Assembly (NCBI GenBank): GCA_964610715.1
Contig: CAZSWE010000001.1
Location: 1 to 42,979, forward strand
Direction of reading: 5' to 3'
Length of the DNA: 42,979 nt
Source of the DNA: an uncultured Candidatus Planktophila sp.
Lineage (GTDB): Bacteria; Actinomycetota; Actinomycetes; Nanopelagicales; Nanopelagicaceae
In this document: piece by piece, positions 1 to 10,092 of the stretch
Layout of the letters: the number at the start of each line of letters is the position of its first letter
Position numbering within the stretch: position 1 is the first letter of the stretch
Position numbers and translations under genes: made by a program
The notes under the pieces: generated by a model
What the model saw: the letters and a program-made list of their open reading frames with translations, nothing else
Database searches by the model: none
What the model was told of the DNA's origin: nothing

Positions 1-239
1 CTCGCGATTACCAGCGCGTGATGTTTGCCGGCGCGCACGATGAAATTCCTGACCGTCAAGGTCGCGTCACCATCCCACAGGGACTTCGCACTTATGCAGG
101 CCTTGAAAAAGAGTGCGTTGTTATCGGCGCAAATACTCGCGTTGAAATTTGGGATAGCGCTGCGTGGAGCGAGTACCTCGCTGATCGCGAAAAAAGTTTT
201 GCTGATGTCTCTGAGGAGGTTTTTCCGGGACTTTTTTAG
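1..239 (+). CDS. mraZ: Division/cell wall cluster transcriptional repressor MraZ, 3' part (5' end outside window)
   Basis: Frame is open from the window edge ([11 protein letters not shown]...). [10 protein letters not shown]...LRTYAGL...VVIG...RVEIWD is the second MraZ repeat; lies upstream of rsmH. Confidence 0.95.
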   Translation, partial: RDYQRVMFAGAHDEIPDRQGRVTIPQGLRTYAGLEKECVVIGANTRVEIWDSAAWSEYLADREKSFADVSEEVFPGLF

Positions 240-273
240 AACATCAGCAAAAAACATTTAACACAACTAAATA

Positions 274-394
274 GAGCGCTCATTTGTGGCCACCGCCGAC
301 CTTTCCTTGCTTGTTAGGCCGGCAGCGACGTCCCTTCCCCGGCGTCGCTTTCGAAATAGATCCGTCGGCCGGCGGTGACCAGAGATGAGCGCTC
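274..394 (+). ncRNA. mraW RNA motif-like structured leader
   Basis: GAGCGCTCAT (274-283) is the exact reverse complement of ATGAGCGCTC (385-394), and pairing continues with few mismatches to about 301/367. Inner stem AGCGACG (324-330)/CGTCGCT (343-349) closes a loop containing CTTCCCC (334-340), the loop I recall for the actinobacterial mraW motif. Lies 5' of rsmH (mraW). Confidence 0.85.
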
Positions 395-449
395 ACCTAA
401 TCGGATATCGATGAGATGAAGGAAGAAAGAGTTGAGAATGGGGGAGAAG

Positions 450-1391
450 ATGCAACACATATCAGTAATGCGCGATCGTTGCGTAGATCTTCTTGCTCCT
501 TCAATTGCATCATCTGCTCATCCAGTTATTGTCGATGCAACTCTTGGTCTGGGCGGCCACACCGAAGCGCTCCTTGCACGTTTTGAAAACCTCACCGTCA
601 TTGGTATTGATCGCGATAAGAGCGCGCTCGAGAAAGCATCTGCTCGCCTTGCTCCATTTGGAGATCGCCTCAAGACAGCGCACTGCGTATTTGATGAGAT
701 CACAGAAGTAGTACAGAGCTTTGGTTTTACTCATATCAATGGGGCTCTCTTTGATTTAGGTGTTTCATCTATGCAGCTAGATGAATCAGAGCGCGGCTTC
801 TCATATTCACAAGATGCCCCTCTTGATATGCGGATGGATCGCAGCAAAGGAATCACCGCTTACGAAATCGTCAATTCTTATGAACCTGGCCAGTTGGTAA
901 AGATTCTGCGCACGTATGGCGAAGAGAAGTTTGCAACACGTATCGTTGAAAATATCGTCAAGGCACGTGCTATTGCGCCTCTTAACTCAACGACAGAACT
1001 TGCGACGTTGATCAAAGAGAGCATCCCGGCAGCTACTCGTCGCACTGGTGGCAATCCAGCAAAGCGCACCTTCCAAGCGCTACGAATTGAAGCAAATGAT
1101 GAGCTCGGGGCAATCACCCGCGCACTCCCACAAGCCCTTGATCTATTGATGGTGCAGGGACGACTTGTTGTGATGTCGTTCCAGTCACTCGAAGATCGCA
1201 TTGTTAAAGAGGTCTTCCTAGAAGCATCTACATCTAAGAGCCCACGCAATCTTCCGATTGAACTTCCTGAGTTCGCCGCAAAATTCTCACTGGTCTTCCG
1301 ATCTGGTGAAACTCCATCTCAGAGCGAACTGGATGAGAACCCACGCTCTGCCTCAGTGCGCCTGCGCGCAATTGAAAGGGTGGCTGCGTAA
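450..1391 (+). CDS. rsmH: 16S rRNA m4C1402 methyltransferase RsmH (MraW)
   Basis: VDATLGLGGH, DLGVSSMQLD, PLDMRMD and FQALRI motifs. ATG450 preferred over TTG432 because of the GGGGGAG SD at 440-446. Confidence 0.97.
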   Translation: MQHISVMRDRCVDLLAPSIASSAHPVIVDATLGLGGHTEALLARFENLTVIGIDRDKSALEKASARLAPFGDRLKTAHCVFDEITEVVQSFGFTHINGALFDLGVSSMQLDESERGFSYSQDAPLDMRMDRSKGITAYEIVNSYEPGQLVKILRTYGEEKFATRIVENIVKARAIAPLNSTTELATLIKESIPAATRRTGGNPAKRTFQALRIEANDELGAITRALPQALDLLMVQGRLVVMSFQSLEDRIVKEVFLEASTSKSPRNLPIELPEFAAKFSLVFRSGETPSQSELDENPRSASVRLRAIERVAA

Positions 1392-1801
1392 TGGCTCAAG
1401 CAACTGCTCGTAAATCCCAACCAGCGACAGCTATTCCTAAAGCGCGCAAGGTGGTTGCAGAGCGCACTGCCGACATCATCTCTGGAATTTTCCCTGACCT
1501 AAATTCTGGTGCGCGCGCAACGCATCGATATTTCGCTACATTTCTTACAGTGGTTAGCGCCATGGGATTCCTGGTTCTGCTGGGCGTTAACACGCTCTTG
1601 GCGCAAGATGCCTTCACTCTTTCAAATCTCAAGGTTGAGGCAAAGCAAGTTGCAGATCAACGCGATGCAATCAATAGATCAATCGACTCCTTCGAAGCGC
1701 CCGAAAATCTTGCTGCAGCTGCTGCCGCTCTCGGTATGCGCCCATCTGAATCTCCAGTCTTTCTCAATTTAACTCCACCAACGGGTGTGACAAATGGGTG
1801 A
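1391..1801 (+). CDS. ftsL: Cell division protein FtsL (actinobacterial type)
   Basis: Single TM helix followed by a coiled coil and APENLAAAAAALGM; lies between rsmH and ftsI. Confidence 0.8.
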   Translation: MAQATARKSQPATAIPKARKVVAERTADIISGIFPDLNSGARATHRYFATFLTVVSAMGFLVLLGVNTLLAQDAFTLSNLKVEAKQVADQRDAINRSIDSFEAPENLAAAAAALGMRPSESPVFLNLTPPTGVTNG

Positions 1802-3614
1802 TCTACTACTTTCTAAATCACGCATCAAGATTCTTATTATTGGCGTCTTTATGATCTTCGTATTGCTTGCGCTTCAACTCGTTCGCGTTCAAGTTATTCA
1901 GGCAAGTGATTACCAGAGTAAAGCTGCCAACGAGATGGAGTTGACTCGAACCACGCCAGCTCCACGAGGAGAAATTACTGATATCAATGGAGTCGCCTTT
2001 GCACGCAGCGTCTCTGCAATCACCATCGTGGTCGACCAAACTCAAATTACCGAACCAGCTCGAGTAGCGAATTTTGTTGCTCCCATTTTGGGTCTGCCTG
2101 TAGATGAGGTTCAAGAGAACATCACCGGAACGCGCCGCTATTCCATAGTTCTCAAGAATGGTCGCCCTGCACAATGGGATCGCCTGACAAAAGAGATTTA
2201 TGAATACAACAAAGCACTCACCAACGAACAGCTAGATAAGCGCATTATTGGCTTCTTCCCAGAGCGTTCCTTTATCCGCGAATATCCTTCTGGTTCATTA
2301 ATCTCATCACTCGTTGGCTTTGTGCGCACAGATGGCATTGGCGCAACTGGCCTGGAATCAAGTCTTAACTCAGTTATAACTGGAACCGATGGTCGCTACT
2401 CATTTGCCAATGGTTATGGCGCAGAAATTCCTGGTTCTCAACGCGAGATTGTTGCTGCAAAAGCTGGCACCACAGTTCGTCTGACGATTGATCGCGACGT
2501 TCAGTGGGTTGCAGCGAAGGCGATCGCTGAAGCAGTGAAGAGCTCAAGAGCTGCCAGCGGAACCGTAATCGTGATGGATCCTCGCACAGGTGAAATCGTT
2601 GCTCACGCTACTGCGCCAACATTTGATCCCAACAATACAAAGAACGTTGACCTTAATTTAATGCGCAACCCATCTGTGCAAGATGTCTATGAGCCAGGTT
2701 CTACTGGCAAGGTAATGACGCTGGCAGCGGCGCTTGAAGAGAAGACAGTTGCCCCAACGACGGTCTTTGCAGTTCCTTATAAGTTAAAGCGTGGTGGGTC
2801 CACATTTAAAGACCACGATAAGCATCCAGTGCAGCAACTTACAACCTCAGGAATCTTGGCAGTTTCGAGCAACACCGGCACAATCAAAATTGGCGAAACT
2901 CTCAGTAATGACAAGCTCTATTCATATCTAAATAAATTTGGCGTTGGAGTTAAGACTGGCTCTGGACTACCTGGTGAATCTGCAGGTCTCATGCCTAAGG
3001 TTAAAGATTGGTCTGGCACTACAGCGCCAACAGTTGCCTTTGGCCAGGGTTATTCTGTAACTGCAATGCAGGCCACAAGCGTCTTTGCCACAATTGCAAA
3101 TAATGGAGTTCGAGTTTCACCAACTGTTATTGCTGGAACTCAAGATGCATCTGGCCACTTCACACCGGCTGCCAATAGAACTACAACCCGCGTTGTCAGC
3201 GAAGATACTGCTCGCGAGTTACGTCTGATGATGGAGAGCGTTGTCTCTCCAACCGGAACAGCTCCATCTGCTGCAATCCCTGGCTATCGCGTTGCAGGAA
3301 AGACCGGAACTGCGTGGCGCTATAACGATAAGACTGGCGGCTATAGCGGTTACACAGCTTCATTTATCGGCTTTGCTCCAGCAGATGCACCTCGTTACGT
3401 CATTAACGTCACCATTCAAGATCCACGTAATGGTTACTACGGAGGCCTCTTAGGTGGTCCAGTCTTCAAGAAGGTAATGACCTTCGTTCTACAGACTAAG
3501 CACGTTGCACCAACTGGAACTAAAGTTATGCCAGTTGCGCTCAACCAGAAAGATTTAACTCGCATGAAGGCAACACAGGTGAGTGCAGAAAAAAGTGGAG
3601 CAGTAAGACAGTGA
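1794..3614 (+). CDS. ftsI: Class B penicillin-binding protein FtsI
   Basis: N-terminal TM, RGEITD, EPGSTGK (SxxK), SSN (SxN) and KTGTA motifs; dcw position. Confidence 0.95.
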   Translation: MGDLLLSKSRIKILIIGVFMIFVLLALQLVRVQVIQASDYQSKAANEMELTRTTPAPRGEITDINGVAFARSVSAITIVVDQTQITEPARVANFVAPILGLPVDEVQENITGTRRYSIVLKNGRPAQWDRLTKEIYEYNKALTNEQLDKRIIGFFPERSFIREYPSGSLISSLVGFVRTDGIGATGLESSLNSVITGTDGRYSFANGYGAEIPGSQREIVAAKAGTTVRLTIDRDVQWVAAKAIAEAVKSSRAASGTVIVMDPRTGEIVAHATAPTFDPNNTKNVDLNLMRNPSVQDVYEPGSTGKVMTLAAALEEKTVAPTTVFAVPYKLKRGGSTFKDHDKHPVQQLTTSGILAVSSNTGTIKIGETLSNDKLYSYLNKFGVGVKTGSGLPGESAGLMPKVKDWSGTTAPTVAFGQGYSVTAMQATSVFATIANNGVRVSPTVIAGTQDASGHFTPAANRTTTRVVSEDTARELRLMMESVVSPTGTAPSAAIPGYRVAGKTGTAWRYNDKTGGYSGYTASFIGFAPADAPRYVINVTIQDPRNGYYGGLLGGPVFKKVMTFVLQTKHVAPTGTKVMPVALNQKDLTRMKATQVSAEKSGAVRQ

Positions 3615-5092
3615 TCCGCCCACTTGCCGAGTTCTCAGCGCACTTAAGTGATACCGCAAGCCTCATAGGAGCAGTTCCGTTAGCTAAAGATTTAGTCTTT
3701 ACTGGAGTTACTCATAGCGATAAAGACGTTGAAGCAGGAGATCTCTTCTTAGCTATTCCTGGCGCGAAGGCGCATGGCGCAGATTTCATTAGAAACGCTC
3801 GTGCTCAAGGCGCAGTTGCAGTCATTACAGATGCACAAGGTGCCCAGATTGATTCATCACTTCCAACTCTTGTCGTCAAAGATGTGCGGGCTGCCGGCGC
3901 TCTCGCTGCCACATCGCTCTACCAATATCCCACTCGCGATATTGCCAGCATCGGAATTACTGGCACCAATGGGAAGACAACTGTCTCTACCTTGCTCTAC
4001 CAAATCTTTCAGGCAGTAGGACGTGAATCAGGACTGATTGGTACTGTAGAAACGCGAATTGGTGCAGAGCGCCTTTCAAGTGTTCGCACAACTCCGGAAG
4101 CTCCAGAGCTACAAGCGCTAGCTGCAACAATGCGAGAACGCCATGTTCGCAATCTAGTGATGGAAGTTTCTAGCCACGCACTCAGCATGGGTCGTATGAA
4201 GGGTTCACACTTTGCCATCGCTGCCTTCACAAATCTAAGCCAAGATCATCTCGATTTCCATAAAGATATGAGCTCATACTTCGAGGCCAAGGCGGCTCTC
4301 TTTACATCTGAATACGCTGACTCAGCCTTTATCAATATCGATACTTCCTATGGTGCAACTCTGGTAGAGCGCACATCCCTCACGCTCACAACTATTTCGA
4401 GAACCAATCCAAAAGCGCACTGGCACTTTACAAATATCACTCCCACTCAACAAGGTGCAGAATTTTCTATCCGAGGCACCGGCGGAATCTTGATTGAATC
4501 TCGTACATCTCTTCATGGTGGATATAACGCAGATAATCTCTTGCTTGCTGTAGCTCTTGCCCACGAAAGTGGAGTTGATCCCATTGAACTTGCTGCAGTC
4601 ATTCCGCAACTAACTGGAGCACCTGGTCGACTAGATGCCGTTGTCTTAGGCCAACCATTTAAAGCCTTTGTTGATTACGCACACTCACCTGATGCGGTAA
4701 CAAATGTGCTCTCCGCAGCGCGAGAATTCACTGCCGGAAAGATCATTGCAGTCTTGGGGTGTGGTGGCGATCGTGATGCCACAAAACGTCCTCTGATGGG
4801 TGCAGCGCTTTCGCAAGGTTGCGATATTGCAATCTTTACCAGCGATAACCCGCGCTCTGAAAGCCCGGCAGCAATTCTGCGCGAGATGGTTTCATCCCTT
4901 GATGTCAAAGCCCCATCTGCGATTATCGAAGATCGAGCAACGGCAATCAGCCACGCTGTCTCAGTGGCAGAGGCTGGCGATACTGTTTTAGTCCTTGGAA
5001 AAGGCCACGAACAAGGTCAAGATATTGCAGGCGTTGTAACTGACTTTGATGACCGACTTGTTCTTGCTACTTCAATCGAGGCGCGCGGATGA
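3611..5092 (+). CDS. murE: UDP-MurNAc-dipeptide:diaminopimelate ligase MurE
   Basis: GITGTNGKTT, TTPEA, MEVSSH, DHLDFH, DYAHSPDA and DNPR motifs. Confidence 0.97.
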   Translation: MIRPLAEFSAHLSDTASLIGAVPLAKDLVFTGVTHSDKDVEAGDLFLAIPGAKAHGADFIRNARAQGAVAVITDAQGAQIDSSLPTLVVKDVRAAGALAATSLYQYPTRDIASIGITGTNGKTTVSTLLYQIFQAVGRESGLIGTVETRIGAERLSSVRTTPEAPELQALAATMRERHVRNLVMEVSSHALSMGRMKGSHFAIAAFTNLSQDHLDFHKDMSSYFEAKAALFTSEYADSAFINIDTSYGATLVERTSLTLTTISRTNPKAHWHFTNITPTQQGAEFSIRGTGGILIESRTSLHGGYNADNLLLAVALAHESGVDPIELAAVIPQLTGAPGRLDAVVLGQPFKAFVDYAHSPDAVTNVLSAAREFTAGKIIAVLGCGGDRDATKRPLMGAALSQGCDIAIFTSDNPRSESPAAILREMVSSLDVKAPSAIIEDRATAISHAVSVAEAGDTVLVLGKGHEQGQDIAGVVTDFDDRLVLATSIEARG

Positions 5093-6480
5093 TCTCCCTC
5101 AAAGCCTCTGAAATAGCAGCTCTTGTCGGCGGAACGCTTCACGGTGAAGATGTCGTGGTTTGCGCAAACCCCGTGATTGATTCTCGGGCAGCAACTGCGG
5201 GCTCACTCTTTATTGCCATTAAGGGTGAGAAGGTAGATGGCCACGACTTTGTTTCTGATGCGCAATCGCATGGCGCAGTTCTTACCCTTGCTGAACGCGC
5301 TGTGGCAGGTCCACACATCTTGGTAGGTAACACTATCCAAGCACTGGGCGTCTTGGCACATGAAGTACGTAGCCGCCTTTCTGGCCTCACTGTTATTGGT
5401 ATTACCGGTTCGCAAGGCAAGACCACAACGAAAGAACTTCTTGCATCGGTTCTATCGACTGTTGCTTCAACGATGGCGCCACACGGTAATTACAACAACG
5501 AAATTGGCGCACCTCTATCTCTGCTGCAATGCGATGAGAAGACTCGGTTCTGCATCGTTGAAATGGGAGCACGCCATATAGGCGATATCGCCCATCTTTG
5601 CCGAATTGCCGTTCCCGATGTTGGCGTTGTCTTGCGAGTGGGAACTGCTCACTTAGGAGAGTTTGGTTCACAGGCTGCCATCGCTGAAACAAAGTCAGAG
5701 CTCATCTCAACTCTGCAACCAACTGCTATTGCTGTACTGGGTCAATACGACGAATTCACGCCAAAGATGTCGGCGCTTCACAAAGGTCGTGTTGTCACAT
5801 TTGGAGAAAGCAGCGGCTGCGAAATTCGAGCAACTGATATTGAAATTCGCGAAGGCCGCGCCCACTTTGATCTAGTGACGCCCGAAGGTCGCACCGCAGT
5901 AGGACTTCGCATTGTTGGGTTACATCAAGTAGCCAACGCTCTTGCAGTTGCTGCAGTTGCCTCCGTTTTGGGGCTAACCCTTGATCAGATTGCTGGCGGA
6001 CTTTCAACAGCTGAATCCTCCGCTAAGTGGCGTATGGAAATTTCTGAACTCGGCTCACTTGTCCTCATCAATGATTCATATAACTCAAGCCCTGAGGCTG
6101 CATCGGCGGCGTTGCAGACACTTGTCCATTTTGCGCAAGAGCGCGGAGGTGAAGCGTGGGCATTTCTTGGAAAAATGCACGAGCTCGGCGAGTCATCTGA
6201 CCAAGACCACGCCGCTATTGGCACCCTTGCCTCAGAACTTGGAATAGATCACCTCGTCTGCGTCGCAGCTCCTGAATATGCGCAAGCTATTCCGACAGAT
6301 AGCGCAACGACAGTGCATACATTTGCAAGTAAAGAAGAGGCCGCCTCCATGGTGGCAAATATGAATAAAGGAGATGTCGTGCTGGTAAAGGCATCACGCT
6401 CTGAGAAGTTAGAAGAGTTGGCAGAGTTAATCACGCAGGCGTGGTCGAAACGTATTCAAGAGATGGCAGATACCGAATGA
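5089..6480 (+). CDS. murF: UDP-MurNAc-tripeptide:D-Ala-D-Ala ligase MurF
   Basis: [28 protein letters not shown] and VLVKASR motifs. Confidence 0.96.
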   Translation: MISLKASEIAALVGGTLHGEDVVVCANPVIDSRAATAGSLFIAIKGEKVDGHDFVSDAQSHGAVLTLAERAVAGPHILVGNTIQALGVLAHEVRSRLSGLTVIGITGSQGKTTTKELLASVLSTVASTMAPHGNYNNEIGAPLSLLQCDEKTRFCIVEMGARHIGDIAHLCRIAVPDVGVVLRVGTAHLGEFGSQAAIAETKSELISTLQPTAIAVLGQYDEFTPKMSALHKGRVVTFGESSGCEIRATDIEIREGRAHFDLVTPEGRTAVGLRIVGLHQVANALAVAAVASVLGLTLDQIAGGLSTAESSAKWRMEISELGSLVLINDSYNSSPEAASAALQTLVHFAQERGGEAWAFLGKMHELGESSDQDHAAIGTLASELGIDHLVCVAAPEYAQAIPTDSATTVHTFASKEEAASMVANMNKGDVVLVKASRSEKLEELAELITQAWSKRIQEMADTE

Positions 6481-7535
6481 GACTCATCCTTATCGCCGGA
6501 GCGCTTGCTCTCCTCTTCTCGCTCCTCGGAACCCCAGCACTTATTAAAGTTCTTGCTCGTCGCGGTTATGGACAATTTATTCGTGATGATGGACCTTCAA
6601 CGCATCACACAAAACGCGGTACCCCAACTATGGGTGGCATCATCATTATCTTTGCGACAATTTTCGCCTACTTCATAGCGCATCTTCTGACACAGACAGC
6701 TGTCACGGTATCGGCGCTACTCATTATTGGACTTGTCCTTGGACTTGGTTTCGTTGGTTTCCTGGATGATTACCTCAAGGTCTCTCGGCAGAATTCCCGG
6801 GGGATTAGCGGCAAGCAGAAGATTTTTGGACAAGTCTTATTCGCCTCAATCTTTGGCTACCTAGGCCTGCAATTTCCAGATGCTGATGGCTTAACTCCAA
6901 TCTCGCAGAATCTTTCTACCGTGCGTGATACAGGAATTAACCTCGGAGTTGTTCTTGTCATTATTTGGATCGCCTTTATGGTGACAGCAACAAGTAATGG
7001 TGTAAACCTCACTGATGGGCTTGATGGATTGGCAACTGGCGCATCTGTCATGACATTCCTCGCCTTTGTTTTGATTGGCGTCTGGGAATTTGGTCAAAGC
7101 TGCGCAGTGAGCGTTTCACCAAATTGTTATAACGTTCGAGATCCGCTCGACTTGGCAGTGCTCGCCGCAGCCTTTGCTGGATCGTGCACAGGCTTTCTTT
7201 GGTGGAATGCATCACCTGCAAAGATTTTTATGGGAGATACCGGTTCGCTTGCTCTCGGTGGTGCACTTGCTGGACTTGCGGCGTCGCTGCGCGTTGAACT
7301 CCTCTTAATCCCACTGGGTGGCCTCTTCGTCATCATCACCCTCTCAGTAGCGTTGCAAGTTATCTACTTCCGCTTAACTGGAGGCAAGCGCCTCTTTAAG
7401 ATGGCACCTCTTCAACATCACTTTGAACTCATGGGTTGGGGCGAGGTCACGATTGTTCTTCGCTTCTGGATCATTGCAGGACTTTGTGTAGCACTTGGCC
7501 TGGGCCTGTTTTACACAGATTGGGTTGCAAGTTAA
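6477..7535 (+). CDS. mraY: Phospho-MurNAc-pentapeptide transferase MraY
   Basis: [28 protein letters not shown] and MAPLQHHFE motifs; multi-TM. ATG6477 overlaps the murF stop (ATGA). Confidence 0.97.
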   Translation: MRLILIAGALALLFSLLGTPALIKVLARRGYGQFIRDDGPSTHHTKRGTPTMGGIIIIFATIFAYFIAHLLTQTAVTVSALLIIGLVLGLGFVGFLDDYLKVSRQNSRGISGKQKIFGQVLFASIFGYLGLQFPDADGLTPISQNLSTVRDTGINLGVVLVIIWIAFMVTATSNGVNLTDGLDGLATGASVMTFLAFVLIGVWEFGQSCAVSVSPNCYNVRDPLDLAVLAAAFAGSCTGFLWWNASPAKIFMGDTGSLALGGALAGLAASLRVELLLIPLGGLFVIITLSVALQVIYFRLTGGKRLFKMAPLQHHFELMGWGEVTIVLRFWIIAGLCVALGLGLFYTDWVAS

Positions 7536-7541
7536 ACCCTC

Positions 7542-8939
7542 ATGGCACAAGAACTTTATAAGAACCTCAATGGATTGCGGATCTGCGTAGCAGGTGCTGG
7601 AGTAACTGGGTTAGCGGTGGCGCGAAGCCTGACCAAACGTGGAGTTGAAGTAACGCTGATTGATGAGAATAAGACTTCTACAGATGAGTTTCCCGTTGTA
7701 CATCCAGATGCAATCACAATCACCGACTTCGACCGTCTGCTGATTTCACCAGGCTGGAAAGAGAGCCACCCAGTTATTCAAGCCGCACGGGCTGCGCAAG
7801 TGCCTTTGATAAATGAAGTTGATTATGCGTGGAGCGTTAAAAAGCCCGCCCAGAAGTGGATCAGCCTTACCGGTACAAATGGAAAGACCTCAACAGTCGA
7901 ACTCACTGCTGCAATGTTGCAAGCTGGGGGAGTCAGCGCAGTTGCATGTGGCAACGTCGGAACGACTGTCATCGAATCCGTCGAATCTCTCGAGGATTAT
8001 CAATTCTTAGTCATTGAACTCTCATCTTTCCAACTTCACTGGATGGAAGATGCATCATTTATTGCAGCGGCAATTCTCAATATTGCCCAGGACCATATTG
8101 ATTGGCACGGTAGCTTTGATGCATATGCAGGCGACAAGATTTCAATTCTTGATAGAGCCACCACTGCAATCCTTAATGGTGAAGATGGCGAGATTGTGAC
8201 GCGCGTGGCTCATTGGCAAGGACAGAAAGTTTTCTTCTCACTTGATACGCCAGGACCAGGGGAAATCGGAATCGTCGAAGAGCTCTTAGTAGATCGCGCC
8301 TTTGTTGCTAACCCGCAAGAAGCAGCGATGATCGCCGAGCTCAATGAGGTAAAGCCCACAGTTCCTCATAGCGTTTCAAATGCACTAGCAGCAGCAGGTT
8401 TAGCGCTCACCGCAGGGGTGGCTCATGAAGCTCTCCGTTCTGCAATCTCCACATTTACACCAGGGCGTCATCGCATCGAGAAGGTGTATGAAAGCGATGG
8501 CGTTACCTGGATTGATGATTCCAAAGCGACAAATCCTCATGCTGCCAGCGCCTCCATCATGTCTGCACTCTCGGTCGTCTGGGTCGCAGGCGGGCTGGCA
8601 AAGGGCGCTGAAATGGGCGAGCTGATTGAGAGAATTAAGGCTCGCGTTCGAGTCGCCATCTTGATTGGCGAAGATCGCGTACTGATTGCAGATGAACTCC
8701 GTCAGCGCGCTCCACACATTCAAGTAGAACTCATCGATTCACCTGCCGGATATTCCAAAGGTGGAGTGGATAATTCGTTAATGGAGAGTGTTATCCGCAC
8801 GGCGAAAGCTAAAGCGGTTTCAGGTGACACCGTCTTGCTCGCCCCGGCGTGCGCTTCGATGGATCAATTTCTCTCTTACTCCGACCGCGGAGATAGGTTC
8901 AAGAGCGCAGTCGAGAAGGTAGTGCGAGATGGCAAGTAA
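7542..8939 (+). CDS. murD: UDP-MurNAc-L-Ala:D-Glu ligase MurD
   Basis: GAGVTG, TGTNGKTST, ELSSFQL, DDSKATN and LLAPACASMDQF motifs. Confidence 0.96.
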   Translation: MAQELYKNLNGLRICVAGAGVTGLAVARSLTKRGVEVTLIDENKTSTDEFPVVHPDAITITDFDRLLISPGWKESHPVIQAARAAQVPLINEVDYAWSVKKPAQKWISLTGTNGKTSTVELTAAMLQAGGVSAVACGNVGTTVIESVESLEDYQFLVIELSSFQLHWMEDASFIAAAILNIAQDHIDWHGSFDAYAGDKISILDRATTAILNGEDGEIVTRVAHWQGQKVFFSLDTPGPGEIGIVEELLVDRAFVANPQEAAMIAELNEVKPTVPHSVSNALAAAGLALTAGVAHEALRSAISTFTPGRHRIEKVYESDGVTWIDDSKATNPHAASASIMSALSVVWVAGGLAKGAEMGELIERIKARVRVAILIGEDRVLIADELRQRAPHIQVELIDSPAGYSKGGVDNSLMESVIRTAKAKAVSGDTVLLAPACASMDQFLSYSDRGDRFKSAVEKVVRDGK

Positions 8940-10092
8940 AGTTCAGAAGAAGTTCTTAGCGCAACCGGTCAACCACTTCTACATGCTCTTGGCTAGCGCT
9001 ACCGCGCTGACTTTCCTCGGCGTGATTATGGTCTTCTCGGCTTCCACGATTCATGCCATCGATACAAAGGGAAGCGCAACTTCTATTGTCCTGCGCCAAT
9101 TGCTCTTTGTGGTCGTCTCGCTACCTATCGCTGCATACTTAACTAAAATTACTGTCGCACAGTGGAATCTATTGGCTCGCTTCGCCTTCACTATTTCACT
9201 ACTTTCATTAGCTGTACTCCTTATTCCAGGTGTAGGAAAGACCGTCAAAGGAAATACCAACTGGATTGACCTAAGAGTTATTGATATCCAACCCAGTGAA
9301 TTTGCAAAGTTCCTCATGATTCTCTGGGCGAGCCGATTACTAGCAAGAAAAGAGAGCGCAGGCAGATTTAACGTCAACGTTTTTGCGTTGCTTGCCCCAG
9401 GCTTCCTCATCATCATGGTTCTAGTTATGGCTGGACGAGATCTTGGAACCACATCTGTTATTGCAGCAATCTTGGCGGGCATGCTCTTTGTCTCTGGCAT
9501 TCAATTGCGCATCCTTGGCTGGGCTACCGCTGCCGGAGCCCTCGCGCTGGCCTTCCTCATTGCAACATCTGATTACCGCGCTCAGCGATTCCTAGTCTTC
9601 CTCAATCCCTTTGCACCTGAAGATTACAAACTTGCCGGTTGGCAACCAGCCCATAGCTTGTTGGGACTTGCAACGGGTGGACTCTTTGGAGTCGGCCTCG
9701 GTGGAAGTCGGCAGAAGTGGGGAAATCTCCCTGATGCCCACACTGACTTCATCTTCTCTGTCATTGGTGAAGAACTTGGTTTGGTCGGAACGCTCGCAGT
9801 TCTCGCACTCTTGGGAACTCTTATCTATTCCATGTTCCGCATCGCACTTCGCGCCCAGGAGCCAATGATTCGCTACGCCTGTGCAGGAATCGCATGTTGG
9901 TTTATGGCGCAATCATTTCTCAATATTGGATCTGCAACGAGTACCTTGCCGGTTGTTGGCGTAACGCTTCCACTTGTCTCATACGGTGGCTCTGCTCTCG
10001 TTGCATCCCTCTGCGCAATTGGTTTTGTAGCAGGAGCTGCTCTTCGCGATCCTGAAGTGCGTAAAGAGATTGTGAAGCGAAGAGGCGCATGA
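8929..10092 (+). CDS. ftsW: SEDS peptidoglycan polymerase FtsW
   Basis: IQPSEFAK, LPDAHTDFIFSVIGEELG and LPLVSYGGS motifs; dcw position. Confidence 0.95.
   Translation: MASKVQKKFLAQPVNHFYMLLASATALTFLGVIMVFSASTIHAIDTKGSATSIVLRQLLFVVVSLPIAAYLTKITVAQWNLLARFAFTISLLSLAVLLIPGVGKTVKGNTNWIDLRVIDIQPSEFAKFLMILWASRLLARKESAGRFNVNVFALLAPGFLIIMVLVMAGRDLGTTSVIAAILAGMLFVSGIQLRILGWATAAGALALAFLIATSDYRAQRFLVFLNPFAPEDYKLAGWQPAHSLLGLATGGLFGVGLGGSRQKWGNLPDAHTDFIFSVIGEELGLVGTLAVLALLGTLIYSMFRIALRAQEPMIRYACAGIACWFMAQSFLNIGSATSTLPVVGVTLPLVSYGGSALVASLCAIGFVAGAALRDPEVRKEIVKRRGA

Noticed and set aside
432..449. Longer rsmH N-terminus from TTG432
   Set aside because: The extension contains the SD for ATG450, and RsmH similarity begins at HISV.
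6441..6476. N-terminal extension of mraY in the ORF track
   Set aside because: Overlaps the murF coding end; the ATGA-coupled ATG6477 is the natural start.
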